64,000 nucleotides of DNA from positions 6,688 to 70,687 of IMG/VR virus record IMGVR_UViG_2904200584_000016. The stretch is one strand, 5' to 3'. Each line of letters begins with the position of its first letter. Position 1 is the first letter of the stretch. This document shows positions 40,170 through 53,285 of the stretch, piece by piece. The notes under the pieces were generated by a model that saw only the letters and a program-made list of their open reading frames with translations, made no database searches and was not told the DNA's origin. The stretch is from a virus (taxonomy: Duplodnaviria > Caudoviricetes). A program made the position numbers and the translations under genes.

Positions 40170-42350
40170 ATGATAGGTTGGGAAATGAATGAAATGCAAA
40201 ATGCAATATGGAATAATAAATATAGAAATAATAATGAAACTTTTGATGAATGGCTCAATAGAGTGTCTAATGGAGATAAAGAAGTAAAACGGTTGATACA
40301 AGAAAAAAAATTCTTATTTGGAGGAAGGATATTAGCTAATAGAGGATTACAGAATGATGGAAGAAAAATAACCTATTCAAACTGTTATGTTTTAGCAACT
40401 GGTGATTCTATTGAAGATATATACCAAACATGTAGTGATACTGCAAGAACCTTTTCTTATGGAGGAGGGGTAGGAATCGATATATCTAAGTTAAGACCTA
40501 GAGGAGCAAAAGTCAATAATTCAGCTAAATCTACAACTGGTGCAGTTTCATTTATGGATACATATTCCTTAGTTGCTGAAACAATAGGTCAAAGTGGTCG
40601 TAGAGCTGCTTTAATGATATCTCTCGATATTAATCACCCAGATATTGAAGAATTTATAAATATTAAAACAGATTTAAATAAAATTACTAAAGCTAATATA
40701 TCTGTAAGAATAACAGATGAATTTATGCAAAAAGCTACAGGGATAGATTCAAATCCAATGTATAATTGTTCTTTTACAAGAGAAGAGACTGGTGAAATTA
40801 TAGTTAAAGAAATAAATGCTAAAGAACTATTTAATAAACTATGTGAAAATAATTGGAATTATGCAGAACCAGGAATTTTATTTTGGGACAAAATAAATAA
40901 TTATAATTTATTGAGCGAGGATGATGAATTTGAATATGCAGGTGTAAATCCCTGCGCCGAAGAGCCGCTTCCAGCAGGTGGTAGTTGTCTTTTAGGCTCA
41001 TTTAACTTAAGCGAATATGTTAAAGAAGATAAAACTTTTAATTATAATGATTTTAGAAAAGATATAAAAATAGTAGTAAAAGCAATGAATAATGTTTTAG
41101 ATGAAGGTCTACCTTTGCATCCATTGAAAATCCAAAAAGATACAGTTAGAAATTACAGACAAATAGGTATTGGAGTTATGGGAATAGCTGATATGCTCAT
41201 AAAAATGAATGTAAGATATGGTTCAGAAATGGCCATTGAATTATGTAACGTGATAGGTAAATGTTTAGCAGATGAAACACTAAAACAATCAGCCTTATTA
41301 TCAAAAAAATATGGTACATATCCAAAATATAAAGAATGTATTTTAAAATCAGAATTTATTCAAGAAAATGCATCTCATGAAACACTAGAATTAATAAAAA
41401 GATATGGTCTTAGAAATTCACAACTTTTAACAATAGCTCCAACTGGAAGTATATCAACTATGCTAGGAATATCTGGAGGAATAGAACCAATCTTCGCCTT
41501 TTCTTACACTAGAAAAACTGAAAGTTTACATGATAAAGAGAAATATTATAAAGTTTACACACCTATAGTTAAAAAATATATGAGAGAAAACAACATTGAA
41601 GATGAAAATACACTTCCTGATTACTTTGTAACAGCAACAATGCTAACTCCAAAAGAACGTATTTTAATGCAGTCAGCATTTCAGAAACATATAGATGCAA
41701 GTATCTCATCTACTGTAAATTTACCTAATGAAGCGACGGTTGAACAGGTCGAAGAATTATATTCATTAGCATGGGTCAATGGATTAAAAGGATTGACAAT
41801 ATATAGAGCTGGTTGTAAACGTGAAGGAATTCTTACAACTAATGCTATAGACAACACACAAGAGCTTAAGAGAGGAGATTGGAAACCTGTATCAAATGAT
41901 GCTGTTTTGTATAAGAAAGAGTTATATGTTGGATGTGGTAAATTAATTTTATTTATATCTTATTCCGAGACAGAAGAAGATATACAAGAGTTATATGTAA
42001 CAAAGGCTGGTTCAGGCGGGTGTGAAAAACTTCTTGTGACTGCAACAATTGCAATGTCTGGGATGCTTAGACTTGGGGGAACTTTAGATAATATAGAAAA
42101 GGCTTTAAGAGGTGTTAATACTTGTCCTAGTTTTGCTACAAGTAGAGCGAAAGGAAATATATTAGACAGAGGAAATCATTGTGGCATTACTATTTTAAAT
42201 GCTGTAAAAGATTTTCTTAAGGAAAAACAGGGAGAAAAAATAGAAGAATCTAAAGAATATGAGCCAAAATGTCCTGAATGTGGGTTAAATATTCAAATGA
42301 TGGAAGGATGTATGACTTGCCCTAATTGTGGGTGGAGTAAATGTAATTAA
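40170..42350 (+). CDS. nrdJ: Class II (B12-dependent) ribonucleotide reductase with C-terminal TSCPD/Zn-ribbon
   Basis: GGRIL, SNCYV, GRRAALM, NPCAEEPL, TIAPTGSIS, EGCMTCPNCGWSKC. Confidence 0.92.
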   Translation: MIGWEMNEMQNAIWNNKYRNNNETFDEWLNRVSNGDKEVKRLIQEKKFLFGGRILANRGLQNDGRKITYSNCYVLATGDSIEDIYQTCSDTARTFSYGGGVGIDISKLRPRGAKVNNSAKSTTGAVSFMDTYSLVAETIGQSGRRAALMISLDINHPDIEEFINIKTDLNKITKANISVRITDEFMQKATGIDSNPMYNCSFTREETGEIIVKEINAKELFNKLCENNWNYAEPGILFWDKINNYNLLSEDDEFEYAGVNPCAEEPLPAGGSCLLGSFNLSEYVKEDKTFNYNDFRKDIKIVVKAMNNVLDEGLPLHPLKIQKDTVRNYRQIGIGVMGIADMLIKMNVRYGSEMAIELCNVIGKCLADETLKQSALLSKKYGTYPKYKECILKSEFIQENASHETLELIKRYGLRNSQLLTIAPTGSISTMLGISGGIEPIFAFSYTRKTESLHDKEKYYKVYTPIVKKYMRENNIEDENTLPDYFVTATMLTPKERILMQSAFQKHIDASISSTVNLPNEATVEQVEELYSLAWVNGLKGLTIYRAGCKREGILTTNAIDNTQELKRGDWKPVSNDAVLYKKELYVGCGKLILFISYSETEEDIQELYVTKAGSGGCEKLLVTATIAMSGMLRLGGTLDNIEKALRGVNTCPSFATSRAKGNILDRGNHCGITILNAVKDFLKEKQGEKIEESKEYEPKCPECGLNIQMMEGCMTCPNCGWSKCN

Positions 42351-42387
42351 ATTAAGAGGGATTATTCCCTCTTTGGAGGTGAGTTAA

Positions 42388-42750
42388 ATGGAGTTTAGTG
42401 AACAAATTATAAAAATTTTAGATAATTTAAGTGATAAAGTTGGGATGACTATAGACTGGTCTAATACTAATGTAATTCCATATTTACAAACATTAACTAC
42501 TAAATATATTAATTATGAGATAGCTACAAGTGTGTTTTGGATAATTATATGTGTAATTGGAGTAATTCTTGGTATTTTATTGATTTATATGGATTGGAAA
42601 TATGATAACGGGTTTATAGTTCCTGGTTTGTGTATTACAATACTTTCTTTCTCTTGTATATTAATTCAATCAAAAGATGTAATAACTGCAAAGATATTTC
42701 CAGAAAAAATTGTAATTGATTACTTACTTGAAATAAAAAATAATATTTAG
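42388..42750 (+). CDS. Membrane protein
   Basis: Two hydrophobic segments. Confidence 0.65.
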   Translation: MEFSEQIIKILDNLSDKVGMTIDWSNTNVIPYLQTLTTKYINYEIATSVFWIIICVIGVILGILLIYMDWKYDNGFIVPGLCITILSFSCILIQSKDVITAKIFPEKIVIDYLLEIKNNI

Positions 42751-43356
42751 AGGATGATTGTTATGACCAAAAAAGAATTTACTACTAAATTTCTTAAAGA
42801 GCAGCAGAGAAGAATAAAGGTTTTATATTATGAAGTTGAAAATTTCAAGATGGATAGAAGGTTTAATGAGAGGAAAAAGTCTAGGAGACATTAAAATGTT
42901 TCTTTTAATATAAGGAGGAAGTAGCTATATGTATTTTGAAACGGACATTATAAAAAATAAGAATACTGTAAATAAAATAATAAAATATTGTGGTGGAAAT
43001 ACTGAAAAATTGAAAGATTGGCTAAAAGAAATAGAAAATAAAAGTATCAGTAGTTTAGAAGAATTAAAAGAATATCCATTAAAAAGAAATTATAAATTTG
43101 TATTTTCCAAAGAAGAAGCTCCTAATTTAGATAAGCTTATAAAAATGAAACTAAGAGATAATTATTTAGAAAAATGTGAGATTTGTAGTTTAGAAAATCT
43201 CTTAAGTATGCTAAATGATGAGATTTTAGATTTAAATAAAGAAGATATCTCTTATGAAGATAATATTGAATGGATTGAAAATTGTAAAGAAGAACTAATT
43301 AAATTAAAGGTAGGAAGTATTTGCATAGATTGGTAGAAAAATAAAGGAGTGATACT

Positions 43357-43893
43357 GTGAGATTTTGGTGTGAGAATTGTAATAAATACTTCAATTTAGA
43401 AGAAACATTGCAAGAATATAATTATTTCTTAAATGAAGATATAGTAGTATGTTCTAGTTGTAAAAGAGATTTAATACCTATAAATAGGGAAACAGAATTA
43501 TCATTAGGTTTTGATAGTGATACAAACCAATTAACTTATGTTGAATATGATTCTAGTGATTATAGTTTACTTAGAAAGGTAAATGCAGATATTGAAGATG
43601 TAGTAAAACCTATAATACATTACATAAAAAGTTTAAATAAAAATAGTTTAGATTTAAATGGGATTACAATAACAATGAATGGTAATAGAGAAGGAAAAAG
43701 ACTTGATGGATTAAATTATGAAGAAGGAGTGGTTATGGACAATTTGATAAATGCATGGAATGGATTTTGCAAATTAAAAAGACAGTATCCTTCTGAGTTA
43801 GGAGATTTTCAAAATGCTATACATCAAGCTCAACAAGTATTAGGGTTAAGAGTTTTAAGAAATGATTATCCAGAAGGTTGGATTAAAAAATAA
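43357..43893 (+). CDS. Zn-ribbon protein fused to a small helical domain
   Basis: CENC...CSSC N-terminus; AWNGF...PSE..DF..AIH..Q...R..YPEGW C-terminus. Confidence 0.6.
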   Translation: MRFWCENCNKYFNLEETLQEYNYFLNEDIVVCSSCKRDLIPINRETELSLGFDSDTNQLTYVEYDSSDYSLLRKVNADIEDVVKPIIHYIKSLNKNSLDLNGITITMNGNREGKRLDGLNYEEGVVMDNLINAWNGFCKLKRQYPSELGDFQNAIHQAQQVLGLRVLRNDYPEGWIKK

Positions 43894-44628
43894 ATATAAT
43901 AAGGAGTCAAACCATGTCTACAAAAACTATATTAAAAAATATAGATATAAAAGATGAGAAAGTAGCAGAAAGACTAATATCAGCTTTAGAAGAATCAAAA
44001 AGTAAACAAAATTCAAATGATAAGGTTTTAAAGTTATATTATATTGCAGAAGAATTAATTTGCAAAGGAGAATTTGTACATTTGTATATGCATAAAGTTT
44101 GTACTGAAAAAGAAGCTAAAGACTGGATGGATAGAATGAAAAAAGAGTCTATTAAACAATTAAAAGTGACTGAAAAGGATATTAAGTCTTCTTGGTACCA
44201 TGAAATTGAATTATCTAAATTAGAGCTAACTGAGTAAATTTAATAAGGATGATATTATAAAAAATCAATAGAAGGAGGTCTTAAATGACTAAATACAAAA
44301 TAAAAGCTGGAGATAATCTTATAATTCATCAATCTAAAAAACATGATATTAATTGGACTTTAGTTCCAGAAGATGATATTACAAGATGGATGTTAGAAAA
44401 AGTTTTAGAAGTAGTTAAAGAGGGGCAATATGATGTTTCTATTGAATGTATGAGTTTAAATATTGGAGAAATAGAATTAAAAAATATTACACTAATAATA
44501 TTTGGAAGTGGAAAAATTATTTTAAGAAATGAAGAGATTGAAATATCTGGATATTATAAAGTGAATAGAAGAGAAAGTAAAGAAAACTAATTAGAAGACA
44601 AATTTTATAAAGAAAGGGGAATTAAATA

Positions 44629-44955
44629 ATGGCTAAATATAAAAAGAAACCAGTTGTTATAGATGCAGAGCCATATAGAAAAGGATTAGAGGATGGGATA
44701 GAAGTACGATTTACAGATATGACAGGGGTTTTGCTACCATCTGTAAGGTTTGAATTAGATTGTTGAAAAAAACTAGAGGATTTTAGAACGAGATATGAGA
44801 AAGAATTTATAATTGTGAACATACTTCCTTACATAAATACATTAGAGGGGAAACACTTCATAACAAATACTGATATGATAATCACAGGAGTGAAGGGTGA
44901 AAGATATCCTTGCAAGAAAGAGATATTTGAAATGACTTATGAGTTAGTAGATTAG
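44629..44955 (+). pseudogene. PGDYG-like phage protein with in-frame TGA at 44764
   Basis: MAKYKKKPVVIDA...C*...TLEG...[22 protein letters not shown] in one frame. Confidence 0.7.
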
Positions 44956-46637
44956 TTATTAAAACAACAGTTACAACAGTTTTAACCGGAATATAAATTT
45001 TAAAATGAAAGGAAAGGAACAAATATAATGAGTTCTTTTAAGAAGTCGATAAAATCAGAGGATACAAAAAAATTAAATGATAAAACAATAAAACCCTCAG
45101 AAAGAATCTTTAAATATGAAATAAAAACTAAGGAAAATATATTGTATCTTGGCTCGGAATTATTCGTTTATGAAGAAGATGCTGGGGAGTTATTCTTAAA
45201 AAAAACTGTATTGCTGTATAATAAAATATTTAAGAAACTTGTTAATGATTATATTTATAGATTTGGCTTTGGAGAAAGGGGGGATTATTAGAATGTATGA
45301 TGATTTAGAGGAATGTATTATGATTTTAATAAAAAATAAAATAGTAGAGCAATATTCTAAAAATAGTGAGATTAAAGAGATGAGACAAGAAATAATAAAA
45401 CTTGAAAGAAAAGGCAATGTTGTTATAGATGTCTAGGGTTTTAATAGGTGAGGTGATATGTATGGGATTAGATTTAGGTTTTTATTCAATAAAAACAAAA
45501 GTTACAGATTTAGATACTTACTTAAATAAAACAAGAATACAAAAGTATCAAGAACTAAATAAGAATGAAGACGAATTTTATAAATTTGAAGAATTATTAG
45601 ATATTGACATAGCTTTAGAAGATTGGGCAATTATTCGTATGATGAATAAAGCTAAATCTGAGAAATATGAAAGCTATGAAGATAAAGCTATACTTATTAC
45701 AAAAGAAGATTTGAAAGATTATATAATCCCTTTTCTTAAACAAAAAGATATAAATTCTAAAATATTTAATAAAGATATAGAATTCTATTATAAAAACGAT
45801 GAAAAAATGACAATAGACAAATTATATCCAAAAGAATTTTGGGATTTAGTATTAAAAGAATTTCAAGAAATGTTAAATATAATTGATTTTGAAAATCATA
45901 GTTTAGTTATTATGTACTCGTATTAAAATACAGGATTTAATATCAAAAAACTTAGTGCTAGTTTATAGTAAAAGTTTTGGAATATGTTAGAATGAATATA
46001 AGTAAAAGGATGATACAACTATTATTTGGAGGTAAATATGTGTAAATTTTGTGACAGTATAAAAGATATGAAAAAACATGAAACTAGAAGAGTAAGAATT
46101 TCTTCTGTTGGAGTTAAAGGGAAAGATACTACTTATGAGAGTGCAGAGCTTTTAGACCAGGAAGATTGTTTTGATATTAGTTTTTATAAATTTAAAGAAG
46201 GGAATATAAATTTATCAGTAGAACACAATTTAATAGTCAAAGACTCAAATCAAAATATAAAGTTAAATGTGGATAGATTTGCAGGAGGAATACCATTTAA
46301 ATATTGTTTCTTATGTGGGGAAAAATTAAGTAGTGAAAGTATTGATTTTGAGAATTACATAGACAATTTGATGATTTTAGAAGAATAGGATTTAATTAAA
46401 AATGAGTGTATTAATAATATAAGTGTAAATTAACTTATATTATTAACATGAAATTATTATACTAGGAATTATTATTTCACAGTATTGAAAATATAAAATC
46501 TAAAATGAAAAAAGTAGTTGATATGATAAATTTTACATGGTAAAAGCATGGTAGTTGGTGCATTTCATTAAGTGAAGATAAAACAGAATTTAGGTTACTA
46601 GGAGTTGAAATACTAAAATAAATATAGGAGGGGAATT

Positions 46638-47435
46638 ATGTTTTATACATTTTGTCAAAATAATAGTGGAGGATATCTAATCAGAAATGATGTAGTAGAT
46701 GAATATGTAATAATAGAGGGTAATTCAGCAAATGACATAAAAAGGAAAGCGAACAAACTATTCAAAGGCTATTCCGAATATTGTCAATGTTGTGGAGAAC
46801 GTTGGAGTTATTTATTTAGTGATTTGGATTTAGACATCGAACCTAAAATATATGATAAAGCAGCAAACGAATATAAATCTGATTATAGTGGAGGTAAAAA
46901 GATTATAATACATTATGATAATGGCAGAGTAGAATCCATTGAAATTCCAAGAAAAACTCCTGAGCCAATAGATGATAATATATATAGGTTTATAAATGAA
47001 AAGAATAAATTATGTATAAAACAGTATGAAGAAGAATTTGTATTCCCTCAAGATATAAGCGTAGAAATGAAATCAACAGAATCTACGGCTACACGAAAAG
47101 GTGCAGGTGCAATTAGTATCTTTACAGGTTATGAGATAGTATTTAGTAAAGAGGATATAAGCAGCAATGCAATTCATTTTAATCAAGGGGCGAAAGAAAT
47201 ACATAAAAAGTCAGTATTATTCAAAAGGATAGTTGATTATATAAGGAACTATAATAATATAATATCTGCTATAGAAAAAGCAATAGAGAATTCAGATGAA
47301 AAAGAGAGATATGCAACAGAACATATAAAAATAGTAGCTAACATAATTAGATTAACCGAAGAAAACAATATCGAATTTAATATAATTGAAGCGGAAGAAT
47401 TTAAGGTAATTAAAGCAAAAGTGGTGTTTAAGTAA
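46638..47435 (+). CDS. Phage protein with QNNSGG / CxCCGERW N-terminal domain
   Basis: MFYTFCQNNSGG...YCQCCGERW. Confidence 0.7.
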   Translation: MFYTFCQNNSGGYLIRNDVVDEYVIIEGNSANDIKRKANKLFKGYSEYCQCCGERWSYLFSDLDLDIEPKIYDKAANEYKSDYSGGKKIIIHYDNGRVESIEIPRKTPEPIDDNIYRFINEKNKLCIKQYEEEFVFPQDISVEMKSTESTATRKGAGAISIFTGYEIVFSKEDISSNAIHFNQGAKEIHKKSVLFKRIVDYIRNYNNIISAIEKAIENSDEKERYATEHIKIVANIIRLTEENNIEFNIIEAEEFKVIKAKVVFK

Positions 47436-47983
47436 CATAATACTATAAAATCTTATTTTAAATGGAGGGTGTTATGAACAATATAATATATGAACTTTTA
47501 GAATGGCTAAAAGGAGAAAAATTCACAAATGTAGATAAAATATCTACAACAATGACAGAACAACAAGAGGAACTATATAAGTATGAGTTAGCAACAAACA
47601 GAATGATAGATAGTACAATTAAGAAAATAGAACTCTTAACAGAAGGAAATACGAAAGAAAATTGTGATATGGTTGTTTCCAAGGCATTTTTTGATGAGAT
47701 AAAAAATGATAGAGACAGATTTTATAACTTATATCATAGCTTATCCAAAGAATACAGATATTATGAAATGAATGAAAGGAAAAGAATAGATAGGTTATTA
47801 AAGGAACATGAATTTTTAATGACATTATGCTTAAGATATGAAAAAGAAAATCAAGACTTAAATAAAGTAATAAATCGTAATTGTGGAGATTAAATGCTCT
47901 AGAATTGGAAGTTCAGCACCTTATAGTATTAATGAATATAGTGCTATGATTATATTTAAATAATTTAAATAGGAGGTAAATAT

Positions 47984-48643
47984 ATGAAGGACATTTTAGG
48001 AAGAGAAGTTCAAGAAAATGATTTAGTAGTAGTAAAAGGTACTGGTAGATACAATAAGGGATTAAGAGTTGGTTTAATTAGAAATAATTCTGTGAAATTT
48101 GAGGACAATAGCATAGCAACTTACACAGAATTATTTAAAATAGTTAATCCAGCAACTGATGAATCAATCATAAAAGAAAATATACTAAAAAAAGAAAGAG
48201 AGCAAGAAGACACTAAAAGAAAGAGAGAACAAGAAAGAAAATCTAAAAGAGTAATACCTAAAAAAAATCTTGAATTAGGTAAATTATATTTAGATGATAG
48301 AGGTAGAAAAATGTATTACTTAGGGATAGGAATTGTAACTAAGTATGAAGATGAATGGGATAATAGATGGAGAAATGAGAAAATAATAGGAGAGGGTTTA
48401 ATAGTTGTTCATGTAGATGATTTTACTGAAAGACATTATGGAATAAATTTATGTTATGACCTTGCTAAAAAAGGTATAGATGTAAGAAAGACAATACCTA
48501 GGTTTGTTGAAGATTTAGGTAATCAATTTGATATTAGTGGTAGAGTAATAGAGCTTTTAGAAGAAACAGAGAAGCCCCAAAATATGTATAGTTTCGCAGG
48601 ACAAAAAAGAAGAAAAATCTTGATAGAATTAAAAATTAATTAA
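47984..48643 (+). CDS. Hypothetical phage protein
   Basis: MKDILGREVQENDLVV; AGGAGG RBS. Confidence 0.65.
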   Translation: MKDILGREVQENDLVVVKGTGRYNKGLRVGLIRNNSVKFEDNSIATYTELFKIVNPATDESIIKENILKKEREQEDTKRKREQERKSKRVIPKKNLELGKLYLDDRGRKMYYLGIGIVTKYEDEWDNRWRNEKIIGEGLIVVHVDDFTERHYGINLCYDLAKKGIDVRKTIPRFVEDLGNQFDISGRVIELLEETEKPQNMYSFAGQKRRKILIELKIN

Positions 48644-49533
48644 AATCTTAATTTTAATATGATAGGAGGAAAATATGGAAGATTGTTATGTATTTGAAGT
48701 TATAGAAAATTTCACTGATGAAAGAATCCATTTTGACTATGAAAATACTCACTTTTGTAAGGGGGATAAATTTATTGGACATATAAGTAAAAGTGGCAGT
48801 GGTGGAGATGTAGTAGTTAAAATGTTTTGTTTAGAAATTATTAATATACCTTTAAATCTGGTAAAAAAGATTTATAAGGTAGAATTTAAAGAAGTAAAAT
48901 AATATTTATATGAGAAAGGTAAATTTAATATGTGTAAATTTTGTGAAAGCATAATTGATACGACAAAAGATATATATCTAGCCTCAAGAAATAGGTTAGG
49001 AAAAGATAACTCTTGTGAAATATATGATTATGATATGGAAAAATCTGTACAAGAAATCATAGATAATATAAGTAATAACTAAATAATTTAATGTGAGGTA
49101 AATATGAAAGGTTTAATGTATTTTCTATTTCATAGAGGTTGGATAATTGAAGAGTATAAAAATGATTCTACTAAGTTAATAGCAATATACAATAAAGATA
49201 AATTTATCTACCTTGAAATTGAGAAAGAATTAGGAGTGGCTAACTATTATAAGACTAAATGGATAGTTAATGAAGAAGTATATACTATTAGTTCAAATGG
49301 AAATGAGAAATTCATATTTAAAGAATTATTGAAATTAGGATTTAAATAATTTAGGGAAAGAGAGGTTACTGTAATGGTATATAGAAAAAACGATATGATA
49401 TGTCCTAATTGTGGAAACAAAATGAAAGAATTAATGATATATGAGCATCATGTAAAATGTCTTAATTGTAATTATGAAGAAAAAGATATTTATGTAATTA
49501 ATCAAGGAAAAAGTAAAATATAGATAAATAAAT

Positions 49534-50013
49534 TTGGAGGTAAATAAAGTGGTTATAATTTATAAAAATTCAAATGGAGATACAAGAATAGCAAAAAAAG
49601 ATGTTAGTTTTAAAGAATTTCAAGAGGCGAATGATATGCATATACAAGATGTTAGAAATATTATGAATGAATTAGCTTTAAAATTAATGGTCACTGGAGC
49701 TACACATGATTATACTAAAAAATCTGATGAGAAATTATTTTACAAAAACTTTCTATCAACTATAAATAATAATACAGATTTTGTTAATGATGAATGGTAT
49801 CAATTACATATAAAAAATGAGAGACATCATTTATTGTCAAGATGTCCAGAAGATGTTAATCTGATAGATATTTTAGAAATGATAACAGATTGTGTATGTG
49901 CTGGTATGGCTAGAAGTGGTGATATAAGACCAATTGAAATAGATGATGATATTTTAAATAAAGCTTTGGTAAATACTACTGAAATGATTAAAAATATGAT
50001 AAATGTAAAATAA
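49534..50013 (+). CDS. HD-like (DUF5662-like) protein
   Basis: HDYTK...H..NERHH...NLIDILEMITD. Confidence 0.6.
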   Translation: MEVNKVVIIYKNSNGDTRIAKKDVSFKEFQEANDMHIQDVRNIMNELALKLMVTGATHDYTKKSDEKLFYKNFLSTINNNTDFVNDEWYQLHIKNERHHLLSRCPEDVNLIDILEMITDCVCAGMARSGDIRPIEIDDDILNKALVNTTEMIKNMINVK

Positions 50014-50960
50014 AAATAATAAGTGAGGAGATATTCAAAATGAATAAAGAAATTAAAAACTATATGACAGCAGTAAACTATTTACTTGATAACTTAGAAT
50101 ATATGATGGAGGATGAAGAATTCGATAATGAAAAGTTACAGAAAAGAATTGATGTAATTAGAAAATTTGAAAGAGAGTTATAAGATGGGACAAGTAAGAA
50201 TAGCCAAACATAAAATTTTAGCTGATGCTTTAGTATGGCTAGGATTTGAATGTGAAAGAAAGGAAAACGGACAATACATACTTAAAAGAGATAGTAAATT
50301 TGATAGAGCATGGAAAGATTTACATTATTTAAGAGCTAACTAGTGTTTTACTGGAGGGCATTATGGAATATAAAAGAAAAATAAAAAATGGAGAAATAGA
50401 TACTGAAGATTATAGGCTTTTTAAGAATATTCAAAAAGAAAAAGATAGAGTATATGGTAAGTACATTAATGAGGAGTACATAATGGAAGAATTTATAAAC
50501 TACTTAAGATTAGAAGATAAAGATTATACTACAGAAATATTAGAAAGATATGCACGATATATTGATGAAAATTTAGATAATCGTTGTCCATATTGTGTAT
50601 ATAATATTTGTAGTGAACATGATAATTGTTTTGATGGGATACTCGAAAATTTAAAAGAAAGAATCAAATAAATATTTTAATATGAATTATTTAATGGGGA
50701 GTTGAGAAAAAGTGGATGAAGTTGAAATAAGATGTCCTTATTGCAATAGTAGCGATGTAGAACACATAGGTTCTTTAGATTGTGAAATAAATCTTGATGG
50801 AGGTGGAGAACATTCGAGATATAGATGCAGCAATGAGAGTTGTGATGAAATTTTTTATGTAATAATGATAGTGGATATTGCTGAAATCCAAGTTGGAAAA
50901 GAAAGACATGTAGATTATAAAGTTATTTATAGTAAATAATTTTATTTAAGAGGTAAGGTT

Positions 50961-51317
50961 ATGGAATTAATAAATGGAGTTAGAGGAAGTGGAAAAACTA
51001 CAGAATTAATAGAATATGCATACAGAAATAATGCACTTATATTATGTCATTCATGTGCAAATTTGAATTATATAATTGAAAGAGCAAAGGAATTAAAACT
51101 GGATATAATCAGACCAAGAATATTTAGAACTTATATAGAATCTAATCATAAAATAGAATATCTGAAAACTATAAATGGTAACATCATTAATAATATTTCT
51201 AATGTAAAATTAGTCATAGATGATATAGACTGTTGTTTAAAATCTATTATTAGAGAAGGTATAGATTGCGTTACTGGAACAATTCAAGTTAAAAACTTAG
51301 ATAATCATATCAAATAA
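50961..51317 (+). CDS. Small P-loop NTPase-like protein
   Basis: GVRGSGKTT Walker A; LVIDD Walker B. Confidence 0.7.
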   Translation: MELINGVRGSGKTTELIEYAYRNNALILCHSCANLNYIIERAKELKLDIIRPRIFRTYIESNHKIEYLKTINGNIINNISNVKLVIDDIDCCLKSIIREGIDCVTGTIQVKNLDNHIK

Positions 51318-51394
51318 AATCTTTTACAACAAATCAAAATTTCTAAAATAAATTCTTATTTATAATTCAATAAAAATTAAGGAGTGAGGCTATA

Positions 51395-51664
51395 GTGAAA
51401 AAATTTTTATTAATAGGGTTATTAGGAACAGTGTTAATAGGCATGTCTGGATGTACTGAGATACAGAAAGATTCTAAAAACAACACAGAAAATATAAAGA
51501 CATCTGTAACTGTAAGTTTATATTCTAATAATGGTGAAATATTTAAAAAATATGCAGATAAAAATATGAAGGTCAATCATAGTGACAGTGGAACTGTAAT
51601 ATTATATTTTAGTGATAAAAAAGTAACTACGTGTAATGTTCCAGTTGTAATAGAGGAAAATTAA
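51395..51664 (+). CDS. Lipoprotein
   Basis: Signal peptide with lipobox MSG-C. Confidence 0.7.
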   Translation: MKKFLLIGLLGTVLIGMSGCTEIQKDSKNNTENIKTSVTVSLYSNNGEIFKKYADKNMKVNHSDSGTVILYFSDKKVTTCNVPVVIEEN

Positions 51665-52682
51665 ATGTTTAAAGTCTTAAAAACAATTCTTATAATAATT
51701 TGGGTAGCAGATATTTTAAACTTCCCACAATTTCAATTCTTAGATACAACATATCCAATTAATACCTTAGCATGGTTATTAATCTGGATTCTTATACCTT
51801 CGAGTAGTGTGTATGTCAATAAAGAAGAATAAAAGAGAGGGGTATTGATATGATTGTACGTAAAATTGATGATATTAGTTCATCTAAAGTAATACAAGTC
51901 ATAGAAGTAAAATTTACAAGAGGAGCTGGAACAAAAGAAGATTTGGCAAGAGAAGTTATTCAATATTGGAGTTTTAATGGATTATTATTAGGGGAATATG
52001 ACCCAGTTAAAAAGTAATTAAAAGTATTATTTTAAGGAGATTAAAGATGAAAAAAGTAGATGTACTAGGAAATGAGAAATTTGATATAAAAAATTATAAC
52101 ATTATATGTGCCATATCAATGAATCATAATAAAGACCAAAATCAATTTGACCAATATAGACTATATGATGCTCATTGTAATTTAGTTGAGATAGATAAAA
52201 CATTAAAAGAATATGGTTATGGATATATTTTAACCCATACATACCAAAATGGATGGGATTCATGGGGCGACGAGTATGCTTGTACTGTAAAGGATATTAA
52301 AAATATAATAAAAAATGCTAAAAATAAAGAGCATTTATTTATAAAAGCACTAGAAGAATATTTTGGAAAACAAGATTAAAATATTGAGGAGGTATTTATA
52401 TTTGTTAAAAAGGATAAAGAAGAAAAGGAATAACATTAATCATATAGCTTCAATTATTATTTTTATAATAGGATTTATAATAGCAGCATATGTAGGAGGA
52501 AAAGTATTTTTTTTAGATGGATTCGTAAATACAATTAATCTGTTAAAATCTAGCGATTATAATGCATTAGAGCTAGGAAAAAATATTTTAAGAATATTAG
52601 TAGCTTATCCTATATGTGGAGTTATAAATGCCATATTTATATTTATAGCTGTAGCAGTAAATGAAATGTTAGACAAATAGGG

Positions 52683-53285
52683 GTGATATTTATAAGTAGT
52701 ACAAACAGAAGTGATGCTAGGGATTTTCATGTAAGTGATTACTATAGGACTCCAATTCCTAAAATTAAAGAGTTTTTAAATGAGTTTAGTAAATATGAAA
52801 ATATACTCAATTTAAAGATAAGGATATTAGACCCCTGTGCAGGTGGGGATAATACAAATCCAATGAGCTATCCAACTGCAATTCAAGAATTTTCAAATCA
52901 AGAAATTGCAATAGATACAGTAGATATAAGATATGATTCAAGAGCAAATCTAAAGCAAGATTACCTAGGGTTTCAACCTAAAGAAAAATATGATGTAATT
53001 ATTACTAATCCTCCCTTTAATTTAAGCTTGGATATAATTAATAAAGCTTTAAATGATGTAAAAGAAAATGGTTTTGTTATTATGCTGTTAAGACTGAATT
53101 ATTTAGGAGGTAAGATAAGGCAGGAACTATGGAAGAATAATATGCCTAAATATATTTTTGTTCATAATAGAAGAATGAGTTTTACGGATGATAAAAAGAC
53201 AGACAGTATAGAATACGCTCATTTCGTATGGCAGAAGGGATATAATCCAAATTTTTCAAAATTAAAAGTATTAATAAGTCAATAA
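52683..53285 (+). CDS. Amino (N6-A/N4-C) DNA methyltransferase
   Basis: ILDPCAGG motif I; IITNPPF motif IV. Confidence 0.85.
   Translation: MIFISSTNRSDARDFHVSDYYRTPIPKIKEFLNEFSKYENILNLKIRILDPCAGGDNTNPMSYPTAIQEFSNQEIAIDTVDIRYDSRANLKQDYLGFQPKEKYDVIITNPPFNLSLDIINKALNDVKENGFVIMLLRLNYLGGKIRQELWKNNMPKYIFVHNRRMSFTDDKKTDSIEYAHFVWQKGYNPNFSKLKVLISQ

Noticed and set aside
44764-44766. Genome-wide stop-codon reassignment
   Set aside because: Only isolated internal stops (44764, ~19598); long genes are intact under the standard code
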